NCBI GenBank assembly: GCA_016792805.1
Contig: JAEUHX010000037.1
Location: forward strand, 4,327-68,326
Reading direction: 5' to 3'
DNA length: 64,000 nucleotides
From: Planctomycetota bacterium
GTDB taxonomy: Bacteria > Planctomycetota > UBA1135 > JACQFD01
In this document: positions 39,701 to 51,209 of the stretch, in pieces
How positions within the stretch are numbered: position 1 is the first letter of the stretch
Layout: each line of letters begins with the position of its first letter
The notes under the pieces: generated by a model
Told to the model about the DNA's origin: nothing
The model's input: only the letters and a program-made list of their open reading frames with translations
The model's database searches: none
Position numbers and translations under genes: made by a program

Positions 39701-42700
39701 ACGGAGGGAGTCGGATACCCGCTCGCATTGCCCGAACAGATCTGTGGCCTTCTCGTCGATCGAGCCGAGATGCTCATGGCGATGCCATCGCCGAATTTTG
39801 AGGAGATCGGAAAGAGCCTTCGAGAGGCGGCGGACCTCGGTGTGAAGCTCGAAGACCCCGAAGATTGGACCCGAGGGCTCCGGCCGAAAGCCGCGCGCCT
39901 TTGGGTGGAATCTCTCCTCGCGCGCTATCGCGCGAAGGAGCTGACGGCCGCAAACGCCGATCGCGCGCGCGAGGAAGCCCAGGACGCGATGAAAGATCCG
40001 CGCCTCGCGCTCAGCGATCTGCAGCAAGCTGATCTGTTGCTTCTGACGGCTCGGTGCGCCCGCGAGCGCAAGCAGCAGGATCAAGCGCTCGACGGACTGC
40101 GCATGGCGATCGACAAGGGCGGCGCCTCCTGGGGCCGCAAAGGTGAGGCCGTCGCCACGGCAGCGGCTTCGCTGCAGGGCTTCCTCGGCGAACTCGGCGA
40201 CCGGGCGGCGAGCCCGCAGGCGGCTCCTGCTGTGATCTCAAGAATCCAGGGGTGGCTCCCTTCGATCGTCGAGGCGAGGCTCGGACCTGAGCAGGGGTGG
40301 TCGCAGCAGGCACATGCAGATTTGTTGTATGCGCTCGCGCGCGCGCAGGAGGCGGCTCAGCAGCCTGCGGCGATCGCGACCTACGAGCAGGCGCTTCAAG
40401 CGGCGCCTCCGACCTGGGCCCAATATTCCGAGTGCTTCCGGAAGGTCTCCCAGAAGCGCTTTCAAGATCTGGCATTCACGGCGAAGGGCGAAACCGCTGG
40501 ACACCAAGCATCCGCAACGGGCCTGCGTGCGCTCTTCGAGAAGCTGGCGCCCCAGTCAACCGGCGCGGACGGAGCCCATTTCCTGGCCGACGTGCAGGCG
40601 GAGATCGCCAAGCACTGCGATGCGGCCGCCGACGTCGACGGCGCCCTCGCGGCGCGCGAGAAGGCCCTCTCCCTCGATACAGATGCGGCGAAGCCGTGGT
40701 CCGGCGCGAAGGCGACGAGCGACGCATTTGTGGCAAGCCTCCTCGACACGCTCGAGGCCTCCCAGTCGCAGGCCGCCAAAGTGAAGTACTCCGAGCGTGC
40801 CAAGCAGCTCCTGACTCCGGCATGGGCGGCGCGCGGCGTATCCGATCACGACCGTGGCCGCGTGCACGCTCAGCTCGGTGCGCTTCACGCTGCCGCCGGA
40901 CACGAGGCCGATGCCAACGCGGCGTACTCCGAGGCGATCAGGCTCCTCGATCCGGCGCGCGCGGGATCTCCGTACAAATCGGTTCTCGGCGCGTGGGCGA
41001 AGCTCGCCGCGCGCGAGGAGAGCTATCGGGTGGCCAAAGGCACCGATGCCGGTTGGATCCAGCAGCTCCTGGACAAGGCGGAAGCGCAGGCCGACAAGGC
41101 TCTCACGCCGCTCGAGCAGGCACGGCTTCTGTATCGTTGGTCGGTGGCGCTGATGGCGGCCGGGAAGGCGGAAGAGGAGCGCTCGGCGCTCGCTCGCGCG
41201 GACGAGGTGCTCAAGGCGAATGCGTCGGCACGCACAGAGGACGCTTGGCTCAACCAGCGCATCCTCGACCGACGCAAGGAGCTGCTCACTACGGGGACGA
41301 CCTCTGCATTCACCGAACTCAAGAATCTTTACGAATCGGTGAAAAGTAAGAGTTCGAGCGACACGCAGCTCGCGGACCTCGGCTTCCAGATCGTGACCCA
41401 CGCCGAATTCGGCGGAGCGGACCCAGTTCCTTATCTGACGACCTGCCTCCAGGTGTCGACGCCGAGCTGGGGTAATTATCGCCTCGCTTGGGGTCGGCTC
41501 GTGGATAGCAGGCTCACGCCAACGCTCGATGTCCGTGCGAATTCACAGCAGGCGAAGCTCGCGGCCCTCGATGAGTGCATTGCGTTCGCCCGCGGCATCG
41601 AGGAGGACGAATCGAGCCGCCTCTCGAAGGTGTACCGGGCAAAAGGCAAGATCCTCATGGAGCCGGCGACGTCGCCCACGTTCGATGCCGGCGTCGGCGC
41701 TTTGAAGTCGGCGTTCGCCCTGCCGGGCGTTCAACCGGAGGTGAAGGAACAAATCGTGGGCGATCTGCTCGGAGGCGTTCGCCGCCGCGCCCGCGCAGTC
41801 GGCGGAGATCTCGAGGCGGTTCGCGCCCTTCGAACGCTGCTGAGCGGAGCAGATACAACAGTCGGCGGTTTGTGGCGAGAGCTCGAAGCCGCCAAGCCGA
41901 GCGCCGCGACCACCCAGGACTTCGCGGAGACGCTCATTTTCCTGGGCGACCTCGCAGTGCGCCGGCCGGCGAACGTGCCGGATACTCGTGAGATCGTCCT
42001 CGGTGGCGACCGCGGCGCGCTGGCGCTGGCCAATAGCTCCTATTCGCACGCGACCGTCGTGATGGGGAAGCAGGGCCTTGACTGGGTTCTCTCGTCCTAT
42101 GCCGACGGCCGGATGAATTCGTACCGATCGATGGCCGAAACCGGCGCTGGGGACCGCAAGAAGAAACAAATCGGCGCACGCAATGAGATTCGCACCGCGG
42201 CACGCGGTCTCTCGCTTTTCCTTGGCCGGGGCTGGGTCGAGCGCACCGGGATGCCCTACATCGCGCCGTCCTCACTCTGGCGGATCGACGATGCTGCTCC
42301 CGACGACCTCGAACTCCATGTGATCGTTCAGGACACCAAATCCACCCCCGAAGTCACCGACCTCTATACACAAACGGCGGCGATTCACTCCGTCAAGACG
42401 GCGGACCTGCAGCGCGATGGCAAAGGAAAACGGCTCTCCGATGCGCTTGCTCGAGTGCTGGACTCCTGCTCGCTGATCGAGAAGATACAGATCGATAGCA
42501 CAAAGCTGCGGCCTTATAAGTGCGTCAGCGAACCGGGGGCATCGCCGCGATTCCGAATCCAGTTCGACTATCAGGGCAAGCACCTGCGATCCGGCAACGA
42601 CGTGGCCGGCTCGGCGGTCCTCTTCCTCGACGACCGCTCGCTCGTTTGGGCCGTGGGTTCGATGCGCAAGAGAGACTGGGACAGCGTCGAATTTGATCAT

Positions 42701-43285
42701 TATAGAAATGAGCTGGCCGGTGCCATGCGCTGGGCCGAACTCTCCACCGAATTCCAGCCGGTCGTGCTGGAAGACGGCCGTGCGAAGTTCCCCGGCTACG
42801 GAATCGAGCTGCAGCTCCCCGAGAAGGACTGGAGCGTCCGCGGAATCGACCACGCCGCGTTCGGAAGCGACGAAGACAAGAGTGACCTTCTGAAGCGGGA
42901 TCCCATCGGACTTCGGCTGCAGCATCCGAAGCTCGGTATTGTGTTCCTCGAGGTCCGAGCCGAAAAGGAAGCCTCTCTCGAGTCCTACTTCGCGCAGGAC
43001 AAGGGCTACAGAGACAGCGACAATTCTTGGGATCCACTCGACATCGACATCGAGGATGAGACGCCGTGGATGGCCTATCGCTATCACAATCTCGGAAATG
43101 TGGAAGACCAGGAGACTCCGATCTGGACGATTGTCGCTGCGGCGCGCCGCAAGACGGGTGGCATGCTGGCGCTGCGCGCCGAGGTCGTCCGCGAGCCGGG
43201 AGCCGAGGAAGCACCGAAATTCCCCGCCGACCTCGAAGGCTTGCGAAAGGCGATGGTCGCCGCGATCCAGGCATTCGCGAAATAG
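36767..43285 (+). CDS. Giant membrane Ser/Thr kinase 1 (pseudokinase + Hanks kinase + TM + helical repeats), 2172 aa
   Basis: Degenerate first domain (LHAAGRVHGNISP, APE, GDVYSL) and complete second domain (LGRGGMGLVY, VALK, HRDVKPQN, DFG, APEQ, DIYSLG); TM near 39164-39227. Confidence 0.9.
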   Translation: MPGSQGQNPSPSSQRIGGVERVGDPTPHPLGSRCPGILVASGDKLLIDEWCAKSLRPGKSLADLKSALEARTKPNVPGTAPCREIIEVTGAHWVVRDAPRAQIRSTRLSFAHVQSVENAARVARAVAELHAAGRVHGNISPETVSLEGPVFLWEAALDALTEEFAEASEDARWFPGKAPELWSGGPGAATQRGDVYSLAALLAAAVLGNDLFGEMADFVAFGWQDWAEQPESKLPGIDLLRQTLGDNDLVRVWLAALEKDPGRRSTSAGEFAEALEQFARQSRAQVAPPPPVQTAPPPTPASQPSVLDDPTLDPEELQGKLVAGYRVEKLLGRGGMGLVYEAEQMKLERRVALKVLLPDLVKRRDLVERFQKEARTVGKFNHRNIAVVYDVGSVGKVHYIAMELVDGVSLDRVIQDRVDQLQLGEKASAVPKHSSLLPFRTHYVRSCIETIASIADALHEAHRRGLIHRDVKPQNILVNSEGVPKLLDFGLVREDQGETLMSSAGFVGTFVYSAPEQVVSKSNVDRRSDIYSLGATLYELLTLKRPFEGTSEKVFEKLQKDAPPPMRTLNASIPPELDALVLKALARERDGRYSNAEHFAVALRDYVRETPEDELERAAPTGAGGDPAATSPPTALRKTAAPSTAKPASSTSGALIRLELPARWPKRVASRILNLRGVIENCPASARDVLVMVGAERPVLAGIQEGKRVDVSIELSEGSNELSFALVDGSRRQLTRPEVVDSTGTPIHDDGGLITLLVERSKAPSAPPAREPEPAMTSPRPQPGSARPRREEKAGPSPALWGGLLIVGILGAGLGGAFALKLPPFSESEQQIRNGGAKPEDGGSSSGTVQRTEPGAGATNPGPNPAGTAGTGTATPPADPEEAALKEKIRSVDQLLSEAAASGDPLQKLEPASAELHDLLTTRSYTKLARVLSTDEQKARWTSLFEGVRKLTGRSDLKDADRARLLPVIERLRKAAGGTEGVGYPLALPEQICGLLVDRAEMLMAMPSPNFEEIGKSLREAADLGVKLEDPEDWTRGLRPKAARLWVESLLARYRAKELTAANADRAREEAQDAMKDPRLALSDLQQADLLLLTARCARERKQQDQALDGLRMAIDKGGASWGRKGEAVATAAASLQGFLGELGDRAASPQAAPAVISRIQGWLPSIVEARLGPEQGWSQQAHADLLYALARAQEAAQQPAAIATYEQALQAAPPTWAQYSECFRKVSQKRFQDLAFTAKGETAGHQASATGLRALFEKLAPQSTGADGAHFLADVQAEIAKHCDAAADVDGALAAREKALSLDTDAAKPWSGAKATSDAFVASLLDTLEASQSQAAKVKYSERAKQLLTPAWAARGVSDHDRGRVHAQLGALHAAAGHEADANAAYSEAIRLLDPARAGSPYKSVLGAWAKLAAREESYRVAKGTDAGWIQQLLDKAEAQADKALTPLEQARLLYRWSVALMAAGKAEEERSALARADEVLKANASARTEDAWLNQRILDRRKELLTTGTTSAFTELKNLYESVKSKSSSDTQLADLGFQIVTHAEFGGADPVPYLTTCLQVSTPSWGNYRLAWGRLVDSRLTPTLDVRANSQQAKLAALDECIAFARGIEEDESSRLSKVYRAKGKILMEPATSPTFDAGVGALKSAFALPGVQPEVKEQIVGDLLGGVRRRARAVGGDLEAVRALRTLLSGADTTVGGLWRELEAAKPSAATTQDFAETLIFLGDLAVRRPANVPDTREIVLGGDRGALALANSSYSHATVVMGKQGLDWVLSSYADGRMNSYRSMAETGAGDRKKKQIGARNEIRTAARGLSLFLGRGWVERTGMPYIAPSSLWRIDDAAPDDLELHVIVQDTKSTPEVTDLYTQTAAIHSVKTADLQRDGKGKRLSDALARVLDSCSLIEKIQIDSTKLRPYKCVSEPGASPRFRIQFDYQGKHLRSGNDVAGSAVLFLDDRSLVWAVGSMRKRDWDSVEFDHYRNELAGAMRWAELSTEFQPVVLEDGRAKFPGYGIELQLPEKDWSVRGIDHAAFGSDEDKSDLLKRDPIGLRLQHPKLGIVFLEVRAEKEASLESYFAQDKGYRDSDNSWDPLDIDIEDETPWMAYRYHNLGNVEDQETPIWTIVAAARRKTGGMLALRAEVVREPGAEEAPKFPADLEGLRKAMVAAIQAFAK

Positions 43286-43288
43286 TAC

Positions 43289-43328
43289 GGCGCGCAGGAA
43301 AGGCGCTCGAAGGCCCTTTCTGCGCGCC
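43289..43328. terminator. Hairpin between convergent genes (possible bidirectional terminator)
   Basis: GGCGCGCAGGAAAGG...CCTTTCTGCGCGCC. Confidence 0.5.
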
Positions 43329-43361
43329 CTGCGTTGCGAGCGGCTTGCACTCGCTCGGCTG

Positions 43362-44288
43362 TTACTTCCCGCCGAGCTGCGATTTTAGCTGTGCATTCTC
43401 CGGGAAGAGCTTCAGCCCCTTCCCCCACACTTCCTGGGCCTTGGCGGTATTCCCCTGCTGCTGATACATGTTGCCCAGGAAATAGTACGTTTGGGCATAT
43501 TCAGGGTTTGTCCCGCCGGTCGACTCCTGCTGCGTGACGAGCGTCTCGAATTGTTTGATCGCCTCGTTCTGCTTGCCGAAGATCGGCGGCCAGAAGGCGA
43601 GCGAAGTGGCCTTCGAGAATCGTGCGCCCCAATGCTGGGGGCTGCTCGCCAACGCCGTGTCGAAGGCCTTGTCGGCCTTGATCGCCCACTCGCCCCTCGC
43701 AGGGCCATCCTGCACGCCCTGGAGCTTCTCAATGAAGCCCTGCCCGAGCGCATATTGAAGATCCGCATTCCCCGGCTGCTCCTTCGCGCTCGCTTCGATC
43801 GCCGCAAGCGCCTCGTCGATCATTCCAGCGTCTCGGATCTGTGCCCACAGATCGCGCTTCCAATCGCCCTTGGCGGCTGCCTCGAGAATCTTGGCCATTG
43901 CATCCGCGAACTCTGACTTCGTCAGTTTTCCGGCCGCTTTTGTGACTTTCCCATCTGTGGACGCTCCTGAAAGCGTTCCCGCGTCCGCGGCACCGGCCGC
44001 ACCCTTTCCGGAGCCAAGCCCCTTCGCGGTGAGCACTCTCGCAACAGCCGCCTCGAGATCGGCGTCCGAAATCTTCGAAGGCGCGGCGGCCACCGCCGGC
44101 TGCGCCGCCTGCTGCGCAAGGGCATCGAGCTTGCGCTCAAGCCCTTCGAGGCGCAGCTCAAGCGCCGCGCGCCCGGCCGAGTCCTCCGCAGTCGCGGCTT
44201 TCTCGCCAGACCAGGACGCCCGCGTCACTCCGTAGGCAACCACACCCGAGATCACAATCGAACCGACGATGGCGGCAGCAGTCTTCAT
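43362..44288 (-). CDS. Membrane-anchored or exported TPR protein
   Basis: Hydrophobic N-terminus, short coiled coil, TPR motifs (YYFLGNMYQQQGNTAKAQEVWGKGLKLFP). Confidence 0.8.
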   Translation of the reverse strand: MKTAAAIVGSIVISGVVAYGVTRASWSGEKAATAEDSAGRAALELRLEGLERKLDALAQQAAQPAVAAAPSKISDADLEAAVARVLTAKGLGSGKGAAGAADAGTLSGASTDGKVTKAAGKLTKSEFADAMAKILEAAAKGDWKRDLWAQIRDAGMIDEALAAIEASAKEQPGNADLQYALGQGFIEKLQGVQDGPARGEWAIKADKAFDTALASSPQHWGARFSKATSLAFWPPIFGKQNEAIKQFETLVTQQESTGGTNPEYAQTYYFLGNMYQQQGNTAKAQEVWGKGLKLFPENAQLKSQLGGK

Positions 44289-44360
44289 GGGAACGGTGAG
44301 CTTCAAAAAAGGGGGATGGGCAGCAGCCGGTGCCTCCGGCGCGCGCCCACAAGATCGGAC

Positions 44361-46418
44361 TCAGCGCGTGAGCACGACGCGCAGAGCCTGCACGCCCGTC
44401 ACTGCTGGGACGAGGCGGTAGGGCTCGCTCCGGCGACCGTCCTTCGCGGCAAAAATTGTCCACTCTCCCACACGAAGCGCCCGCACAGGGACGCGCCCGT
44501 CGGCGCCCGAGCGCAGATCGTCGGCGAGGCGCACAAGCCGCCCCACCCCGTCCCGCAGTTCCAGGCTCGCCCCGACGATGGGCTTTCCGTCTCCGTCCAC
44601 GACTGTGATCTCCACAGCGCCGGCCGGCTCAAGGCGCGCCTGCACCGGCGCGGGCGACACCCCCGCCGACACCGACAACCCATCGAGGATCTCGTGACCA
44701 AGCGCGAGCTCCCCGCCGAGAATTTGTAATGAATATCTCCCTGGGGAGATCCACGGAAACTCGAACGCGCCCTCCTCGCCGCAAACGGTCTTTCCAACAA
44801 ATCCGCCGTCGTCGGCATAGAGCACTGCCACCGCTCCCTTCGCCGGAGCGCCGTTCGAGGCGTGCACGACGGTGCCGCGAATGCTCTCCGCCGGCGCATC
44901 AAAGACCGCTTCCGTCGCCGCGGAGGAGGCAATCGTTACTTTCCCGAGCGCAATGATCGACGTGCCGAGCCCGAGCGTCCCGTAGACAGACCATGTGCCT
45001 GCCGGAATGCCGGTCGATTCAAAGGTGCCGTCGGCGGCCACAGGGCAGGTTCGCCAGCTCTCTGCTCGTGCGGAGCCCTCGATCTGCAGCGTCACCATGG
45101 CGTTCTGTGGAATCGCGCGCGGGGAGCGCAGGCGGCCACGCAGCGAGCCGAGGGCCGCCGACGCGCCGAGCGGAACTTCTAGCGTCTCGCCGGCTTTCAC
45201 TGTCACATATCGAAGATCAAACATCGGGCGCATGGACCCCTGCTCGAATACGAGCAGGACGTAGCTCCCCTCCGACAGGTCTTCGATGCGATAGGTGCCG
45301 TCGTCTGCCGTGACAGCGCGGCCAAAGAGCATGAGACGGCCGGATGCCGGCTCGAGCGTCCTCGATGCGATCACCTGTACATTTCGCAGCGATTCCCCAG
45401 CCGAGCCGCGAACCGCCCCGCGCACCGCGGCGCCACGGGCGAGGCGAATCTGCACCCCTTCGCGAACGCCGCCAGCGGTGAGGTCGATGGAGTCTACAAA
45501 TGCCGGACCGTAACCAGGGGCGCTCGCGCGGATCGTGTGCACTCCAACAGAAAGAGCCGAAAGCTCAAACGAGCCATCCGCACGCACGGTGCATCGGGCC
45601 GGAAGATCCGCCGGCAGATCCATCGCTCGGGCCGGCAGCATCATCGCCGGAGCATCCGTTTCGCTAATCACGACGGCACCGGCGACCGTGGCTCCCGTCG
45701 CAGCGTCCACGACTGTGCCGCGCACAGTGCCGCCCAGCTTGGGAATCAGGATCTTCAAAGATCGGTCCGATCCGGGAGCAGCACCTCGAACCGAGACCAT
45801 CGGCGCTCCAGCCGCGTGCACGAAGATCCGGTACGAGCTTCCAGAGAGCCCTTCCAGCCGGAACACGCCCGCCGAGTCCGCGAACTGCTTTGCGCTCGGC
45901 ATCGACGGCAGGACGTCCTCGCGAAGCGCCCACACGGTGAATTCCTTCGGCGCGCTGCCGTCCTCAAACCCCACAGTTCCTTCCAGTGCGAGCTTTCCTG
46001 GCGCCGGGGCAGAGCCGCGCTCCGGCTCCGTCTTCGGCACCACGTCGCGCGGCGGCTCCAGCTCTCGCGCCTCACGCGATCCGACGCCCACGGGAGAACT
46101 AAGCCCGTTGGTCGCATCGGTGCCACCTCCCGCGGCGGCGAAATCGGAATGTTGAAGAGCCGAGCGTCCCAAATCGCCCTGCTGCGACGCCCCGAGCCAC
46201 CACCCGAGACCGAGCGCCGCCATGACGAGCGCCGCCACGGCAATCACGGGCGACCATCGCCGGAGGATGCGCCACCGGAGAAAGTTGGGGTCGGTGACAA
46301 GCGCGACCACCTCCGCCTCCAGCTTGCGCCGGAATTCGGCGCGTACCGGCACCGGCACATACGCGCGGCGCAGGAGCCTCGAAATGTTCTCTTCAAGAAC
46401 TCTCGGATCGGCGCTCAT
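44361..46418 (-). CDS. Putative anti-sigma factor with carboxypeptidase-regulatory-like (SdrD/Cna-B-type) repeats
   Basis: Short cytoplasmic N-terminus, one TM, repeated GTVRGTVVDAATGATVAGA / DGSFELSAL beta-sandwich units; ATGA overlap with the ECF sigma. Confidence 0.75.
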   Translation of the reverse strand: MSADPRVLEENISRLLRRAYVPVPVRAEFRRKLEAEVVALVTDPNFLRWRILRRWSPVIAVAALVMAALGLGWWLGASQQGDLGRSALQHSDFAAAGGGTDATNGLSSPVGVGSREARELEPPRDVVPKTEPERGSAPAPGKLALEGTVGFEDGSAPKEFTVWALREDVLPSMPSAKQFADSAGVFRLEGLSGSSYRIFVHAAGAPMVSVRGAAPGSDRSLKILIPKLGGTVRGTVVDAATGATVAGAVVISETDAPAMMLPARAMDLPADLPARCTVRADGSFELSALSVGVHTIRASAPGYGPAFVDSIDLTAGGVREGVQIRLARGAAVRGAVRGSAGESLRNVQVIASRTLEPASGRLMLFGRAVTADDGTYRIEDLSEGSYVLLVFEQGSMRPMFDLRYVTVKAGETLEVPLGASAALGSLRGRLRSPRAIPQNAMVTLQIEGSARAESWRTCPVAADGTFESTGIPAGTWSVYGTLGLGTSIIALGKVTIASSAATEAVFDAPAESIRGTVVHASNGAPAKGAVAVLYADDGGFVGKTVCGEEGAFEFPWISPGRYSLQILGGELALGHEILDGLSVSAGVSPAPVQARLEPAGAVEITVVDGDGKPIVGASLELRDGVGRLVRLADDLRSGADGRVPVRALRVGEWTIFAAKDGRRSEPYRLVPAVTGVQALRVVLTR

Positions 46419-47035
46419 TCGAGCTCTCCTCGCCTCTTCGCAAGCAGCTCGAACACCTTTCCGAATGCCACGCGCGCACGCGTCAGCATCGACTCGGTCG
46501 CCTTTTCACTTTTTCCTGAGGCGCTGGCGATCTCCGCCACTGATCGCTCCTCGAGATATTTTGCAATCAGGACGCGCCGGTACTCGGGCGGAAGCGACGA
46601 GAGCGTCGCGCCGACGAGTTCCTGGGTCTCCCGCCGCTGAAGTACGCTGTCGGGAAGCGGCTCGCGCTCGATCTGTGACAAGATGGCGTCGATCTCGCCG
46701 CCAGCATCCTCGAGGATGTCCTCGATCGGCACGGGCCTGCGCGTCCGCCGATAGGCACGAATCTTATTTTTCGCAATACCACACAACCAAGTGTGAAGAC
46801 TCGAGCGGCCCTCGAAAGTCTTTAAGTTCTCGAACCCCGTCATCATCGACTCCTGCACGATCTGCTCGGCGAGGTGCAGATCGCGGCCAACGCGGAAGTA
46901 GACGAAGTCATAGAGCGAGTCGAAGTGCTCGCGGAAAAGCTGCTCGGCAGCTTCGCGGTCTCCGCGAAGCGTCCGGAGCCGAAGTTCGTCCGTTTCGGGT
47001 CGTTGCACGGGGTTGGGACGGTCGAGGACGCGCAT
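46415..47035 (-). CDS. ECF RNA polymerase sigma factor
   Basis: Region 2 (AEQIVQES...FEGRSSLHTWLCGIAKN) and region 4 (LPPEYRRVL...SVAEIA...ESMLTRAR). Confidence 0.93.
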   Translation of the reverse strand: MRVLDRPNPVQRPETDELRLRTLRGDREAAEQLFREHFDSLYDFVYFRVGRDLHLAEQIVQESMMTGFENLKTFEGRSSLHTWLCGIAKNKIRAYRRTRRPVPIEDILEDAGGEIDAILSQIEREPLPDSVLQRRETQELVGATLSSLPPEYRRVLIAKYLEERSVAEIASASGKSEKATESMLTRARVAFGKVFELLAKRRGELE

Positions 47036-47124
47036 GCGGCCCCTCGGTGCGGGCCCGCGGGAGCGTCCTTCGGGGGGAGCCGCGGCGGAGAGGGCTCCGC
47101 CGCAACTCGATGAGATTTCGCGCT

Positions 47125-49848
<2,724 letters not shown>

Positions 49849-49983
49849 GGAATGGTTTGTTGGGGGGCGTTGCAGGGGCCGCGGCGGCGATGTTCGGCGG
49901 AGAAGATATCCGTGCCGCGCGGACTCCCCGAGGCCGACGGATGGCCGGCTCCCTCGGCGTGCGACGTCGGCGAGAATCGGGCG

Positions 49984-50477
49984 ATGGCGACCCTCAAGGC
50001 AGCGCGAGCGACTTCCCGGCACGAGCAAAGGCCCGACGCCGCGGCGCTCTGGCGTCGCCTGCGCGCAGCGCTCGCGACGCAGGGCGACGCGGCCTACCGC
50101 ACGCAGATCGAGCGGCTCGTGCCGGGGATTCGAACCCACGGCGTCCACGTCCCCGCGCTGCGAGCGACAGCCAAGGAGCTGAAGAGCGAGACCGACGCGC
50201 CGACAGCGGCTGCGCTCCTCGACCTCGCGGCCGCTTCCGGGAATCGCGACGAGCTGCTGGCCTGCTGCTTCCTCCTGGCGAGCTTCGGGAAGGCGGCACG
50301 CGCCCTGCCTTGGACGCGGATCGAGCGTTGGCTTCAGGCCGTCGACAATTGGGAGACCTGCGACCAGCTCGCCATGGGACTCGCCGCGCCGGCGCTGGCG
50401 TCGAGCCCGACCCGTTCGCGCCCCTGCGCACGCTCACAAAAAGCAAGAATTTGTGGCATCGGCGCTTCGCGCTATTG
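49984..50477 (+). pseudogene. DNA alkylation repair (AlkD-like) gene, frameshifted and 3'-truncated
   Basis: [13 protein letters not shown] and VDNWETCD in one frame; the continuation [14 protein letters not shown] is in another frame after about 50410; similarity ends near 50475. Confidence 0.7.
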
Positions 50478-50815
50478 TATGGCCTGCCCTCGAGTTCAAT
50501 GCTAACCGTTGAACACGCGCACGAGTGCCGTTCGTCGTCGATTGAAAGGGATTGGTCCGATCTATTGCGGAATGAATAGACGAACTCAATCGCACCAGTG
50601 CCTTCCTGGACCTCGCGACGAATCGTCTGCTTTGCGAAATCCAGCTCTGGAATCGGGTTGCTTCGGGCCGAACTCTCGCCCAATGCGCTCTCGGGCAACG
50701 GGATCAATTCTCTCAATTGCGGCAAACATGTCCCAACAGACAGTGCAATCATGCCAAGCAGTGTGAAAGGAACGCTCGCAAAGCGAATACGCAAATAGTC
50801 GAAGCAGAGTCTCAT
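50476..50815 (-). pseudogene. DUF1573-domain exported protein, 3'-truncated
   Basis: Signal-like N-terminus, then EFVYSFRNRSDQSLSIDDERHSCACS (DUF1573 SCxC motif); the reading then runs into antisense AlkD sequence. Confidence 0.6.
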
Positions 50816-51209
50816 AGACGTGTGTCTCTTGTAATCTTGAATACGGCTCGGCTTGAGTAGTTGATTTTTTCACGACCTCAAAGTACATGACTTGAGGTCC
50901 GAGGTCCATCCGAAGCGCCAACAATGAAGTCACTTGTCGGAAAGTCAGCTCATCTGATTCGCTGTCAAGTTGCGCCGGCTTTGTGACATGTGGTCTTCCA
51001 AGCGCCGCCATATCTTCGAAAACCACTACTGTGACTAGATCGCGAGGATCTGCGAAACTAGCGATTCAACTTAGAAGGTCAGGTACTGAGCCATCCGAAG
51101 AGGAGAAACCGCTATCCACGCAACGAAGTTCGAATATCTGAATCGACCTTACCGAGGACCCCAAGAATCACTATCTCGCGGCCCAGAGATCGGACACGAG
51201 AGTTGAGGG

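Noticed and set aside
50586-51026. 146-aa minus-strand ORF in the lower-GC insert
   Set aside because: It overlaps the DUF1573 fragment in another frame, has no motif and has a stop just upstream; at most a decayed remnant.
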